DNA of 32,483 nt. Origin: Desulfobacterales bacterium. Its GTDB lineage: Bacteria > Desulfobacterota > Desulfobacteria > Desulfobacterales > UBA11574. Under the pieces are notes generated by a model, which saw only the letters and a program-made list of their open reading frames with translations, ran no database searches and was not told the DNA's origin. Below, one piece after another: positions 17,240 through 26,250 of this stretch. Positions within the stretch are counted from its first letter, which is position 1. Each line of letters opens with the position of its first letter. The translations under genes and the position numbers were made by a program. The DNA lies in contig JAQYVG010000001.1 in NCBI GenBank assembly GCA_030145595.1, positions 1-32,483 on the forward strand. Direction: 5' to 3'.

Positions 17240-18613
17240 ATGGGCAAGAATATCGGATTTGTTTCCACCCGATTTGCAGGCACAGACGGCGTCACTCTGG
17301 AAGCAAGCAAGTGGGCGGGCGTCTTTGAAAACAGCGGACACAACTGTTTCTGGTTTGCCGGCAAATTAGACCGTAATGCTGACAGAAGCTTGCTGGTCCC
17401 TGAAGCCCATTTCCAACACGATAAAAATGTCTGGATCAATTCTCAGGTAGATGGCACTGTTGGACGCACGCCATCGGTAACCCAAGAGATTCACTCCCTG
17501 CGATCGCAATTAAAAACTTGTCTTTACCAGTTTATCGAAGATTTTAACCTGGATCTTTTAATCGCGGAAAATGTCCTCAGTATTCCAATGCATGTCCCGC
17601 TGGGACTGGCATTGACGGAAACAATTGCTGAAACACAGATTCCCACCATTGCCCACCATCACGATTTTTCATGGGAGAGGATCCGTTTTTCCGTGAATGC
17701 CCTGAGCGACTATATCCGCATGGCTTTTCCACCCAACCTGCCCAACATCAAACATATTGTGATCAATTCCGAAGCTCAGGAGCAGTTGGCTCTGCGCACA
17801 GGGATTGCATCGATCATCATCCCCAATGTTCTGGACTTTGAAAATCCGCCCAAGCCTGATATTGAAGCCGCCCGTGTTTTCCGAAAAGCCATCGGCCTGG
17901 AACCGAATGACAAGATGATTTTGCAGCCCACTCGCATCGTGCAGCGCAAAGGGATCGAATATGCCATTGAATTGGTCAAGGAATTGAAAGATCCTGGCAA
18001 TAAACTGGTAGTATCCCATGAAGCCGGAGATGAAGGCTATGAATACGCCGAATGGCTGCAAGAATATGCCCGTGAACATGATGTCAACCTGCGGCTAATC
18101 ACAACCCGGATAGCAGATCCGTTGAGCAACAATGGCAACGGTGAGTGCGAATATTCGCTCTGGGATGTTTACCCTTTTGCGGACTTTATCACCTATCCCA
18201 GCCTATATGAAGGATTCGGCAATGCTTTTTTAGAAGCCATTTACTTCAAAAAGCCAATATTGGTCAATCGCTATGCCACTTTTGTCAGGGATATCGAGCC
18301 GCTGGGATTTGATTTAGCGGTTATGGATGGCTATCTCTCAAGGAAAACCGTCCAAAGTGTCGTTGAAATTCTGGAAACACCCGAGCGCAGAAAACAAATG
18401 GTTAATTATAATTATAAAGTTGCCACCCGGCATTATTCGTATTCCGTTCTACGGACCCGGCTCAATGCTATTTTGAACTATTTCTTCGGTAGTGATGTCA
18501 GAGGACTTTCCGCTAAAGCAACGTTTCCGATATATGAAGGTATGGATATTGCGCCCCACCAGACTCTACCACGGCACTTTGACAGCCACAGTTTCCCAAG
18601 ACGTTCTATCTAG
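17240..18613 (+). CDS. Glycosyltransferase family 4 (GT-B), resembling mannosylglucosylglycerate synthase-like proteins
   Basis: TDGVTLEASKW, HHHDFSWER, QPTRIVQRKGIE, GT4 signature YPSLYEGFGNAFLEA; substrate specificity is inference. Confidence 0.85.
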   Translation: MGKNIGFVSTRFAGTDGVTLEASKWAGVFENSGHNCFWFAGKLDRNADRSLLVPEAHFQHDKNVWINSQVDGTVGRTPSVTQEIHSLRSQLKTCLYQFIEDFNLDLLIAENVLSIPMHVPLGLALTETIAETQIPTIAHHHDFSWERIRFSVNALSDYIRMAFPPNLPNIKHIVINSEAQEQLALRTGIASIIIPNVLDFENPPKPDIEAARVFRKAIGLEPNDKMILQPTRIVQRKGIEYAIELVKELKDPGNKLVVSHEAGDEGYEYAEWLQEYAREHDVNLRLITTRIADPLSNNGNGECEYSLWDVYPFADFITYPSLYEGFGNAFLEAIYFKKPILVNRYATFVRDIEPLGFDLAVMDGYLSRKTVQSVVEILETPERRKQMVNYNYKVATRHYSYSVLRTRLNAILNYFFGSDVRGLSAKATFPIYEGMDIAPHQTLPRHFDSHSFPRRSI

Positions 18614-18753
18614 TAGTCTATATAGATCAAAATCTGAAAATTGTTGTCAAATTCTGGTATGACACTTTGGTTAAAGCAACACGCAGATAGCGGTATTCAT
18701 ATCGCCCTTCAAGGAAATGACAGGACCGGAGTAACTCGGCGACAATTCTTGAG

Positions 18754-19860
18754 TTAAATCTTTATTAGTTCATACTTGCGGCTTCCAAGGCCGATCTGTT
18801 CGGCGTAATCGAGCTGGATCTCCCAGTCTATGTCGGGATAAATGCCCCTGAATTTATCCTCACCGCATTCTGTGTTGGTTTTCAGGCAGGAGTCCGGCAG
18901 GGCCTGTTCACGATTTACAAGATCGACAGACGCCTGGTCAATGGCCACCGGATCAGTGGCGGCAACGATGCCGATATCTCTGACGATGGGCGCATCGTTA
19001 TAACCGTAGCAGTCGCACGCCGGCGAGACATTATTGATAAAATTCAGGTACAAGGCCTTGCCTTCTTTATTCTTTAAAACACCCAGGGTGTATTCCACCA
19101 TTTTTTCCAGAAAAACGGGTATGGCCTGATTCCACTGGATTTCAATGGCGCTTTCGGGGCAGATGAGGATACATTCCCCACAGCCGATACACTTTTTGGA
19201 GTCCAGCACCGCCTTTTCCTGCTGCAACGCAAGCGCCTGCACAGAGCAGTGGCTGACGCAGTCCCCGCAGCCGACGCATTTTTCCTTATTAACCTGGGGC
19301 GCCACGGTGGAATGCTGTTCCAGTTTTCCCCGGCGCGACGCGCAGCCCATTCCCAGGTTTTTAATGGTTCCACCGAAACCGGAAAGCTCGTGGCCTTTGA
19401 AGTGGGCTACTGATATAAGGGCATCGGCGGCGACAATCTCCGATCCGATGTACACCCTTTTACAGTTTTTTTGATTGACAACAGCAGCGGTTTCGCTTTT
19501 GCCTCTAAGCCCGTCTGCGATGATTAAAGGGGCATCCACCACGGCATAAGCAAAACCGTTTTGAATCGCTGTTGCAAGATGTTGCGCAGAGTCGCTGCGA
19601 GTGCCTGCATATAGCGTATTGGCATCGGTTAGAAATGGGAATCCGCCGGCGCTTTTGATGGTTTCCACAACTTTACGCAAAAATACGGGCCGGATGAAAG
19701 CAGTATTTCCCAGCTCGCCAAAGTGGAGCTTGACGGCAACAAGATCTCTTGCTTTGATCTTTTCAGAAAGCCCGGCCGTATGCATTAACCGTGCAAGCTT
19801 GCCAATCAGATTCTCTTTAGGCGTTGCTCGCAAATCGATAAAATAGACGCTGCTCTTCAT
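18754..19860 (-). CDS. DUF362-domain iron-sulfur protein with 2x[4Fe-4S] ferredoxin domain
   Basis: VKLHFGE, HFKGHELSGFGGTIKNLGMGC, CVGCGDCVSHC / CIGCGECILICP, SPACDC, DPVAIDQAS. Confidence 0.88.
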   Translation of the reverse strand: MKSSVYFIDLRATPKENLIGKLARLMHTAGLSEKIKARDLVAVKLHFGELGNTAFIRPVFLRKVVETIKSAGGFPFLTDANTLYAGTRSDSAQHLATAIQNGFAYAVVDAPLIIADGLRGKSETAAVVNQKNCKRVYIGSEIVAADALISVAHFKGHELSGFGGTIKNLGMGCASRRGKLEQHSTVAPQVNKEKCVGCGDCVSHCSVQALALQQEKAVLDSKKCIGCGECILICPESAIEIQWNQAIPVFLEKMVEYTLGVLKNKEGKALYLNFINNVSPACDCYGYNDAPIVRDIGIVAATDPVAIDQASVDLVNREQALPDSCLKTNTECGEDKFRGIYPDIDWEIQLDYAEQIGLGSRKYELIKI

Positions 19861-19947
19861 CCTATCCTCCCCCTATGTTAATAATTCATCCTCAAAGATT
19901 TAAGGCTCTGAATTAAATTATGTGAAAGTCATTTACCACCTGCTGCC

Positions 19948-19999
19948 GGAGCGCTGCGCTTAAGGATCACTTCGTTTAAGGAGCGGCCTGCGGCCTCGA
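19948..19999. repeat. Imperfect ~16-mer tandem repeat with mini-hairpins
   Basis: GGAGCGCTGCGCTTAA GGATCACTTCGTTTAA GGAGCGGCCTGCGGCCTCGA. Confidence 0.45.
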
Positions 20000-20143
20000 G
20001 GAAAAAAAATTATATCCGCATTCGTGTGTGTCGTCTAACGGATTCATCTTGTATAATTATTTTCAGAGTGGTAAGCGGTGACTGCTATAATTTATGAGAC
20101 CTTTGAAAAAGTCAAGGTGTTTGAGCAAAGGCAAGCAGGAGCA

Positions 20144-20836
20144 ATGGACGTCAATACCAAACTGGTGGTTTTGGACAAAATTTACAGAGTGTATGATGAT
20201 TTTACCGGCAAGCTGGACCTGGCATGCCAAAAATATTGTGCCCATTGCTGTACGTGCAATGTAACCTTGACGACCCTTGAGGGTTATAGAATTGCCCGGC
20301 ACCTGATTTCAAGCGGGCAGTCGAGTCTGTTTGAAAAGCTGCAGGCGGTGTTGAGCAGCAAGCGCTTTCAGCCCGTGGTAACGACCAACAAACTGGCAGA
20401 ACTTTGTGCGCTGGGAAAGGATCTTCCCTTAGAGTCCAGCGATCCGGCCTGGGGACCTTGTCCGCTATTGAAAAATGACGAATGCCTAATTTATTTGCAA
20501 AGACCCTTCGGCTGCCGGTGTATGGTTTCAAAACACAACTGCCGGGAAACCGGCTATGCGGACATGGATACTTTGGTGCTTACAGTTAATAATGTATGCC
20601 TGCAGTATATGGAACACATCGATGCGCATGGCTTTACGGGAAATCTAAGCGATGTTCTGGACGTGATGGCAAAGGAACAAAATCGTCAACATTATAAAAG
20701 TAACAAGCTGAAGGTCGCCGGCACCAGCCTGATCGCCAACCGGCCGATTAAGGTCCTGATGATACCACCGGAGCACCGGCATGAAGTGAAACCGATACTC
20801 GACGCTCTCAACAGAATTCAAGTCCCCATGAAATGA
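20144..20836 (+). CDS. Cysteine-cluster (YkgJ/CxxCxxCC-like) putative metal-binding protein
   Basis: CQKYCAHCC, CPLL..ECLIY..RPFGCR motifs; SD AGGAG before ATG 20144. Confidence 0.75.
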   Translation: MDVNTKLVVLDKIYRVYDDFTGKLDLACQKYCAHCCTCNVTLTTLEGYRIARHLISSGQSSLFEKLQAVLSSKRFQPVVTTNKLAELCALGKDLPLESSDPAWGPCPLLKNDECLIYLQRPFGCRCMVSKHNCRETGYADMDTLVLTVNNVCLQYMEHIDAHGFTGNLSDVLDVMAKEQNRQHYKSNKLKVAGTSLIANRPIKVLMIPPEHRHEVKPILDALNRIQVPMK

Positions 20837-20893
20837 TGAAGATAAATAAGGGTCATATACAAGACGCAGTCGATGGGACTTTTTAAGACGCTA

Positions 20894-21529
20894 TCAAGGT
20901 TTGCCGGGCGGTTGCATGCGTTTAACAAGCTCAGAAACAAGTTGCCCGTTGGGTGATTTAGCCGCCGGATTGACGGCCGCCAGTTCCTCCCAGGCTCGCA
21001 CAGCACCGGCCAGATCGTTCAGGTCATGCATCAGCACAATACCCTTGTTGAAACGCGAAACTTCGTGGCGGGGATCAACGGCAATGGCCTTGTCAAAAGC
21101 CTTAATAGCTTCGGCAGGCTTGCCGCTGCGACGGTACATGACCCCCATATCGGTCAAAACATTGGCATTGTCGGGCTTCAGGGCCAAAGATTTCTGGTAG
21201 GCATTGATGGCTTTTTCATGATTTTCGCTATCAAAGTAGAGGTTGCCCAGTTGAATCCAGGCCTCGGCATCATTAGGATTCTGGTTGGTTATTTTTTCGA
21301 GTTCAAAAATCCTGGCGGCCGTTTCAACCGAAGGGCCCTTGGCATCGGCCTGCGGCGGTGGTGGTTGCGATCGTGGCGGTGCAGAAGCAACCGGCAGTCC
21401 GCTGCTTGACTTATAAACCGTTACAACCACTCCCATCAAAAACCCCACGACCAGGGTAATGATGGCGACCCAGAGCATGGTTTCTTTTTTTACATAACCT
21501 GTTGTTGGTACTTCGTTTTGTTTAGTCAT
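20894..21529 (-). CDS. Membrane-anchored tetratricopeptide repeat protein
   Basis: N-terminal TM helix, Pro-rich linker, TPRs (AWIQLGNLYF..AINAYQKSLALKP; VLTDMGVMY..AIKAFDKAIAVDP). Confidence 0.88.
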   Translation of the reverse strand: MTKQNEVPTTGYVKKETMLWVAIITLVVGFLMGVVVTVYKSSSGLPVASAPPRSQPPPPQADAKGPSVETAARIFELEKITNQNPNDAEAWIQLGNLYFDSENHEKAINAYQKSLALKPDNANVLTDMGVMYRRSGKPAEAIKAFDKAIAVDPRHEVSRFNKGIVLMHDLNDLAGAVRAWEELAAVNPAAKSPNGQLVSELVKRMQPPGKP

Positions 21530-21589
21530 TTTGTCATCCTTTAGTTCCTTAATTGTTTATTTGTGCTTATTGTGGCAAATCCTATTCCA

Positions 21590-21720
21590 TTGCTACGAAG
21601 ACACCAAGGCAGTCACTGGTGAACCGTTATCAGTGAAAAGTGATCAGTAAGAGCAAACTGATTACTGACATTTGTGCCTTCCCGCCTGCCAAAGTAAGTA
21701 CGACGGACAGGTGTGGCAAA
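21590..21720. repeat. Composite nested repeat element
   Basis: Outer TTGCTACGAAGACACCAAGGCA / TTTGTGCCTTC...GTGTGGCAA; inner heptamer array CAGTCAC TGGTGAA CCGTTAT CAGTGAA AAGTGAT CAGTAAG (21610-21651) with inverted CAAACTG ATTACTG; GC-rich insert 21682-21710. Confidence 0.55.
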
Positions 21721-21756
21721 TATTTTCTGGTTCCGGATTGTCCATATCAGGGGTTT

Positions 21757-22596
21757 TCACAGCTTAAACAATTGAGCAGCATTCAAACCGCAGATCGATT
21801 CAATCTCAGCTTTTGATAGTCCGGAAATATCAAGCTCCCGGAAATACCTGGCCGGATTAATAAGCGGAAAGTCACTGCCAAAAAGAATCTTATCCAGCCC
21901 GACGATATCCTTGGCATAGCGGTATATTTCCGGGGCATAAAGAAACGGAGATGCCGCCGTGTCAAAATAAACATTTTTAAGGCTTGCTCTTACCTCCTTC
22001 TTAAGGAGGGCAAAGAAAAAGATTCCCCCGCCCCAGTGAGCCAGCACGATAACATTTTCCGGGAATTTTTTAACCAGATCGTATATCTGCTTCAAGGTAT
22101 GCGGTGTTTTTCCGGGGTACGTATGGCCCACCGGCTCATTGGTGTGGATCAGTACCGGAAGATCCTTGTCCCGGCAGATCTGCATCAGGGGGGCCAGTTT
22201 ATCAAGAGCTTCATCATCGATACCGGATTGATAAAAGGCAAGTTCACCAATACCTGCAAGCCCTCCTTCCAGGCATCGCAAAGCTTCCGTGGCAGCGTCC
22301 CGGCTGAAGGGATCCAGGCAGCACAAGCCGATAAGACGCTTAGGATATCTTGCCACGGCTTCCAGGATATAGTCATTGTGCTTGATAAATGTCTGCGATT
22401 TTTTCCAGGGGAACCCAAAAATAACGGATTTGTCGACCCCCTGCCGGTCCATTGCAGCGACGATCTCTTGGGCCCCGACAAGTTTTGAACCCGGCAAGCT
22501 GTATAAAAGCTTGAAAGCAGGTTCAGACGCAAAATAAGCTTCCCGATTTTCCCGTATCCCTTTAGGAAAAATATGAGTATGAAAATCGATGACCAT
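21757..22596 (-). CDS. Amidohydrolase family metal-dependent hydrolase (TIM barrel)
   Basis: IDFHTH, GIGEL, LIHTNEPVGH, LAHWGGG, YFDTAA, LFGSDFP; ATG 22596 preceded by GGAG. Confidence 0.9.
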   Translation of the reverse strand: MVIDFHTHIFPKGIRENREAYFASEPAFKLLYSLPGSKLVGAQEIVAAMDRQGVDKSVIFGFPWKKSQTFIKHNDYILEAVARYPKRLIGLCCLDPFSRDAATEALRCLEGGLAGIGELAFYQSGIDDEALDKLAPLMQICRDKDLPVLIHTNEPVGHTYPGKTPHTLKQIYDLVKKFPENVIVLAHWGGGIFFFALLKKEVRASLKNVYFDTAASPFLYAPEIYRYAKDIVGLDKILFGSDFPLINPARYFRELDISGLSKAEIESICGLNAAQLFKL

Positions 22597-22682
22597 TGAT
22601 ATAGCTCCACGCAAACAAAAACGTTTTGTTGACTGAAAGTAATTCTATACAATATATACACTTAATTAACAACCTTCTATCA

Positions 22683-22803
22683 ATGTCCGTTGACAGTTGC
22701 CCGTTGCCCGTGGGAAAAAATAAGAGGTGGTTAGTGTCCATCCATAAATTTGGAATATTCAATAACTGCCGACCACTGACAACGGACCACTAACAACGGA
22801 CAT
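22683..22803. repeat. Inverted heptamer-array cassette between divergent genes
   Basis: Left GTCCGTT GACAGTT GCCCGTT GCCCGTG; right CACTGAC AACGGAC CACTAAC AACGGAC; perfect 10-bp termini ATGTCCGTTG / CAACGGACAT; encloses TTAGTGTCCATCCATAAAT. Confidence 0.8.
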
Positions 22804-22808
22804 CACTA

Positions 22809-23135
22809 ATGTTTTTAATTGTAGGCATTGCTCCTAAAACAAAAATTTTAGACCATTCCCCCAGGATCTGTCCCGCCTGCGGATTGGCCCAGGCGCGACT
22901 GAAACGGGTGGACAGCTATTTCAACCTGTTTTTCATTCCTCTTATACGGGTTAAAAAAGGGGAACCGTTTATCATCTGTGACAGGTGTGAAAGCATTACA
23001 TCTGAGACGACCTCCGGATATTATTCCCCGTGGGACAAAAAGAAATCAAGGTGCAATTCTTGCGGCGGGACACTGGACGGTGAGTTCAAATATTGCCCTC
23101 ATTGCGGCAAACCGGTTACGCTGAATATTTCATGA
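22809..23135 (+). CDS. Zinc-ribbon domain protein
   Basis: CPAC, YFNLFFIPL, CDRC, CNSC, CPHCG motifs; stop overlaps trmL start (ATGA). Confidence 0.85.
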   Translation: MFLIVGIAPKTKILDHSPRICPACGLAQARLKRVDSYFNLFFIPLIRVKKGEPFIICDRCESITSETTSGYYSPWDKKKSRCNSCGGTLDGEFKYCPHCGKPVTLNIS

Positions 23136-23602
23136 AAGCTTTTAGCACTCAATTTGAACGCCATGTTGTTCTGGTTGCGCCTGATATCCCCTGGAACACC
23201 GGCAATATCGGGCGTACTTGCTTAGGAACCGATGCCTCTCTGCATTTGATAAAGCCGCTGGGATTTTCATTGGAAAACCGGGATATGAAACGGGCGGGGT
23301 TGGATTACTGGCACCGGGTAAAATTGACGATCTGGGACGATTTTGAAAGTTTCGAGAAAAAAATGGACCCCCAAAAAGACGAGATGGTTCTGTTTACCAA
23401 AAATGGAGCTAAACCTTTCTGGGACACGCCGTCACCTGCGAGGCTCTTTCTGGTTTTCGGCTCGGAAACCAGAGGACTTCCCCAAACAATCGTATCAAAA
23501 TATAAGCATGCCACCTATCAGATCCCCATTACCGACGCGATCCGCAGCCTTAACCTGTCCACCGCGGTAGGCATTGCATTGTACGAAAGCCTGCGCCACT
23601 AG
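23132..23602 (+). CDS. trmL: tRNA (cytidine/uridine-34-2'-O)-methyltransferase, SPOUT family
   Basis: PDIPWNTGNIGRTC, LHLIKPLGF, KRAGLDYW, FGSETRGLP, RSLNLSTAV. Confidence 0.93.
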   Translation: MKAFSTQFERHVVLVAPDIPWNTGNIGRTCLGTDASLHLIKPLGFSLENRDMKRAGLDYWHRVKLTIWDDFESFEKKMDPQKDEMVLFTKNGAKPFWDTPSPARLFLVFGSETRGLPQTIVSKYKHATYQIPITDAIRSLNLSTAVGIALYESLRH

Positions 23603-23648
23603 TCCCTTTTTTGCCACGAAATTTACGAAGAACTACATTTTTTTTAAA

Positions 23649-23874
23649 TAGCCACAGACGCACACAGACGAGTCTTCGCTGCGCTACGCCCCCGCAAGCA
23701 GGCGCAGACTTTTGCCCTGCGGACATTCGCAGGGCAAAATCACGTATCGCTTCGCCAAAGAAGTGTAATTGGATAGCCCTTATATTTACCCGAAGGGCAT
23801 GACATCTAATAGTTTGCACTGCCTGTGGCAGTGCAAACTATTAGTCTGTGTAAGTCTGTGTGTGTCTGTGGCTA
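23649..23874. mobile_element. MITE-like element with 21-bp terminal inverted repeats and two perfect internal hairpins
   Basis: TAGCCACAGACGCACACAGAC / GTCTGTGTGTGTCTGTGGCTA (20/21); 12-bp hairpin 23710-23739; 18-bp hairpin 23806-23844; sits between convergent trmL and fhs. Confidence 0.7.
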
Positions 23875-23900
23875 AATTGATTTTTAGCTTTGATTGGTGC

Positions 23901-23933
23901 AAAAAAATAGGGCCCGAAAAATTCGGGCCCTAT
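23901..23933 (-). terminator. Intrinsic terminator of fhs
   Basis: 12-bp perfect stem ATAGGGCCCGAA / TTCGGGCCCTAT, with T run on the minus strand. Confidence 0.88.
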
Positions 23934-23965
23934 GGGGTAAATCAGATGAATCGATTGTTACGTTA

Positions 23966-25729
23966 TTAGAACAATCCTGTCACCTTTCCGGTTTCAACGT
24001 CCACATCCACCCTGCGGTAAGCAGGATCGGAACTGGTTCCCGGCATCAGGCTGATAGCGCCGCAAACCGGACAAAGGAACTTGGCGCCGGAGAAGATCAG
24101 CACGTCCTGGACCGGCAGGGTCCATCCCTTGGGCACACCCTTGACCGCCGGGTCATGGGTCAGCGAGAGGTGGGTCTTGACCATCATGGTGGTGTATTCA
24201 TCGTACTGGGGATCGTTTTCAAGCATCTTGGCCTTGGCTTCGGCCGCGGGCGTCCAGGCCACACCGTCGGCGCCGTAAACGTTCTTGGCGATCAGGTCAA
24301 CCCGGTCACGCAGCTTGGTTTCCAGAGGATACAGGAATTTGAAATCACCCGGATCGTCACAGGCTTCGATGACCGCATCGGCAAATTCCAGGGCGCCGTC
24401 ACCGCCGTCGGCCCAGTGGGTGGACTCTGCACAGCGGGCCCCGGCTGCCTCGGCTGCCTTGCGCACCATGGCTACCTCAGCATCGGTATCGTTGTGGAAG
24501 CGGTTGATGCAGACCACCGGGTTGACGCCGGCCAGGCGGATGGTTTTGATGTGGTGTACCATATTATCCACACCCGTTTCCAGGAATTCCAGCCCTTCTC
24601 TCGTATACTCAGGAGGCAGCGCCAGGCCGGCTACGACCTTGGGACCACCACCGTGCATCTTCAGGGCTCGGATGGTGCTGGTAAGAACGGAGACGTGGGG
24701 TTTCAGTCCGCTGTAACGGCATTTGACGTTCCAGAACTTCTCAAAGCCGATGTCGGCACCGAAACCGGACTCGGTCACATTGTAGTCAAAAATCTTCAGG
24801 CCGACCCGGTCGCCGATAATTGAAGATTGACCCACGGCGATGTTGGCAAACGGTCCGGCATGCACCATACAGGGCTGATATTCAGCGGTGCACATCAGAG
24901 TCGGATTAATGGTGTTTTTCATCCAGGCGGTCATGGCATTGCCGACTTCCAAATCGCCGGTGGTTATCGGTTTGCCGGTTTTGTCAAAGGCCACGGTGAT
25001 GTTGTTTAGTTTTTCACGCAGATCGGCGAGATCATAAACAATGGAAAGAATTGCCATCAGCTCGGAGCTTACCGCGATCCCGAACTTGGACTGCATGACC
25101 ATGCCGTCAAACCTGCCGCCCATACCTATAACGATATTTCGCAAAGCCTGAGCACAAAAATCCATGATCCAGCCCATCTCTACTCGTGTGGGATCGACGT
25201 CCAGCCTGGGCATACGCGTCAGACGCGCAAGCTGTTCATCGTTGTAGTTGCGCTCATGCTGCATTCTGGCGGTGAGTGCCACCATGGCCAGGTTGTGAGC
25301 GTTCATGATGTCGTTGATGTCGCCGGTGAGACCCATGGAGAATTCGGTCATGGGAATCAGCAGAGAGTTGCCGCCGCCGGCCGCGGTTCCCTTGATGTTC
25401 ATGGTCGGTCCACCCGAGGGCTGCCGCAGAACGCCACCAACATTTACTCCGCGTTTGCCCATACCTTCCATAAGACCGCAGGAAGTGGTGCTTTTGCCTT
25501 CACCCAAAGGCGTGGGCGTGATGGCGGTCACTTCAATGTACTTGCCATCCGGCTTGTCCTTGAGCCGCTCGATAATCTTCATGAAATCCAGTCTGCACAG
25601 TCTCCCCTGGGGGATAATTTCATCTGGTTCAAGACCCAGTTTTTCCCGCCATTCTTCAGGAGTAGGCATGTTTTCTTCGGCCGCTTCTGAAATCTGCCAG
25701 TCGGCCATTTCTACCGCATTGTAAGCCAT
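23966..25729 (-). CDS. fhs: Formate--tetrahydrofolate ligase
   Basis: [64 protein letters not shown]; SD GAGGAGG. Confidence 0.97.
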   Translation of the reverse strand: MAYNAVEMADWQISEAAEENMPTPEEWREKLGLEPDEIIPQGRLCRLDFMKIIERLKDKPDGKYIEVTAITPTPLGEGKSTTSCGLMEGMGKRGVNVGGVLRQPSGGPTMNIKGTAAGGGNSLLIPMTEFSMGLTGDINDIMNAHNLAMVALTARMQHERNYNDEQLARLTRMPRLDVDPTRVEMGWIMDFCAQALRNIVIGMGGRFDGMVMQSKFGIAVSSELMAILSIVYDLADLREKLNNITVAFDKTGKPITTGDLEVGNAMTAWMKNTINPTLMCTAEYQPCMVHAGPFANIAVGQSSIIGDRVGLKIFDYNVTESGFGADIGFEKFWNVKCRYSGLKPHVSVLTSTIRALKMHGGGPKVVAGLALPPEYTREGLEFLETGVDNMVHHIKTIRLAGVNPVVCINRFHNDTDAEVAMVRKAAEAAGARCAESTHWADGGDGALEFADAVIEACDDPGDFKFLYPLETKLRDRVDLIAKNVYGADGVAWTPAAEAKAKMLENDPQYDEYTTMMVKTHLSLTHDPAVKGVPKGWTLPVQDVLIFSGAKFLCPVCGAISLMPGTSSDPAYRRVDVDVETGKVTGLF

Positions 25730-26030
25730 CTACTCAACCTCCTCTATTTAAAGTTAAAAGATACGGGAACCCAATGCTAAATCACCCGCATGGTTCCCTG
25801 CACTTTATTCATTTTATAGGGTTATGAACCCTATATCTTCCATCAGATGGTTCCCATGTAAATAAAAAACCCTGATAGACCAGTTGTTTTTTTAGGTTAA
25901 AACAACAAGCACTTATACTTAAAAAGAACTTAAAAAGCACTGGCGGTATGTTACCATCAACTAAAAATTGCCTTAAAGCACATGCAATCTTATTTGGCAA
26001 GTAATATGTTAATGTTTTGGATAAAAAAAT

Positions 26031-26182
26031 GATGGCGTCGTAAAAAGTCCCCTCTACTGCGTTGTAGTATTTTTTCAGACACTTGACATACTACATGTAT
26101 AGCCTCGTTCCTGAAAAAATACTACGCCTTTTTATCCCGCCGTGGTTTGGCGGGGGTATATGAATCTTTTTACGAAATCATC
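26031..26182. mobile_element. MITE-like element (152 bp) with TIRs and internal inverted repeat
   Basis: GATGGCGTCGTAAAAAG / CTTTTTACGAAATCATC (14/17); perfect 15-bp inner IR GTAGTATTTTTTCAG (26064-26078) / CTGAAAAAATACTAC (26111-26125); nested CCCGCC-GTGGTTT-GGCGGG hairpin (26136-26154). Confidence 0.75.
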
Positions 26183-26250
26183 AAGATTAATCACCGTGCG
26201 ATTTTTTCCTATACCATGAGACCTTTGAAAAATGTTGCCCGCATTCATCA

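Noticed and set aside
22647-22662. Single NrdR-like box ATACAATATATACACT upstream of the amidohydrolase
   Set aside because: Core mismatch and no partner box 30-32 bp away
23550-23969. Short ORFs over the trmL-fhs intergenic region
   Set aside because: They are translations of the MITE-like repeat and the terminator
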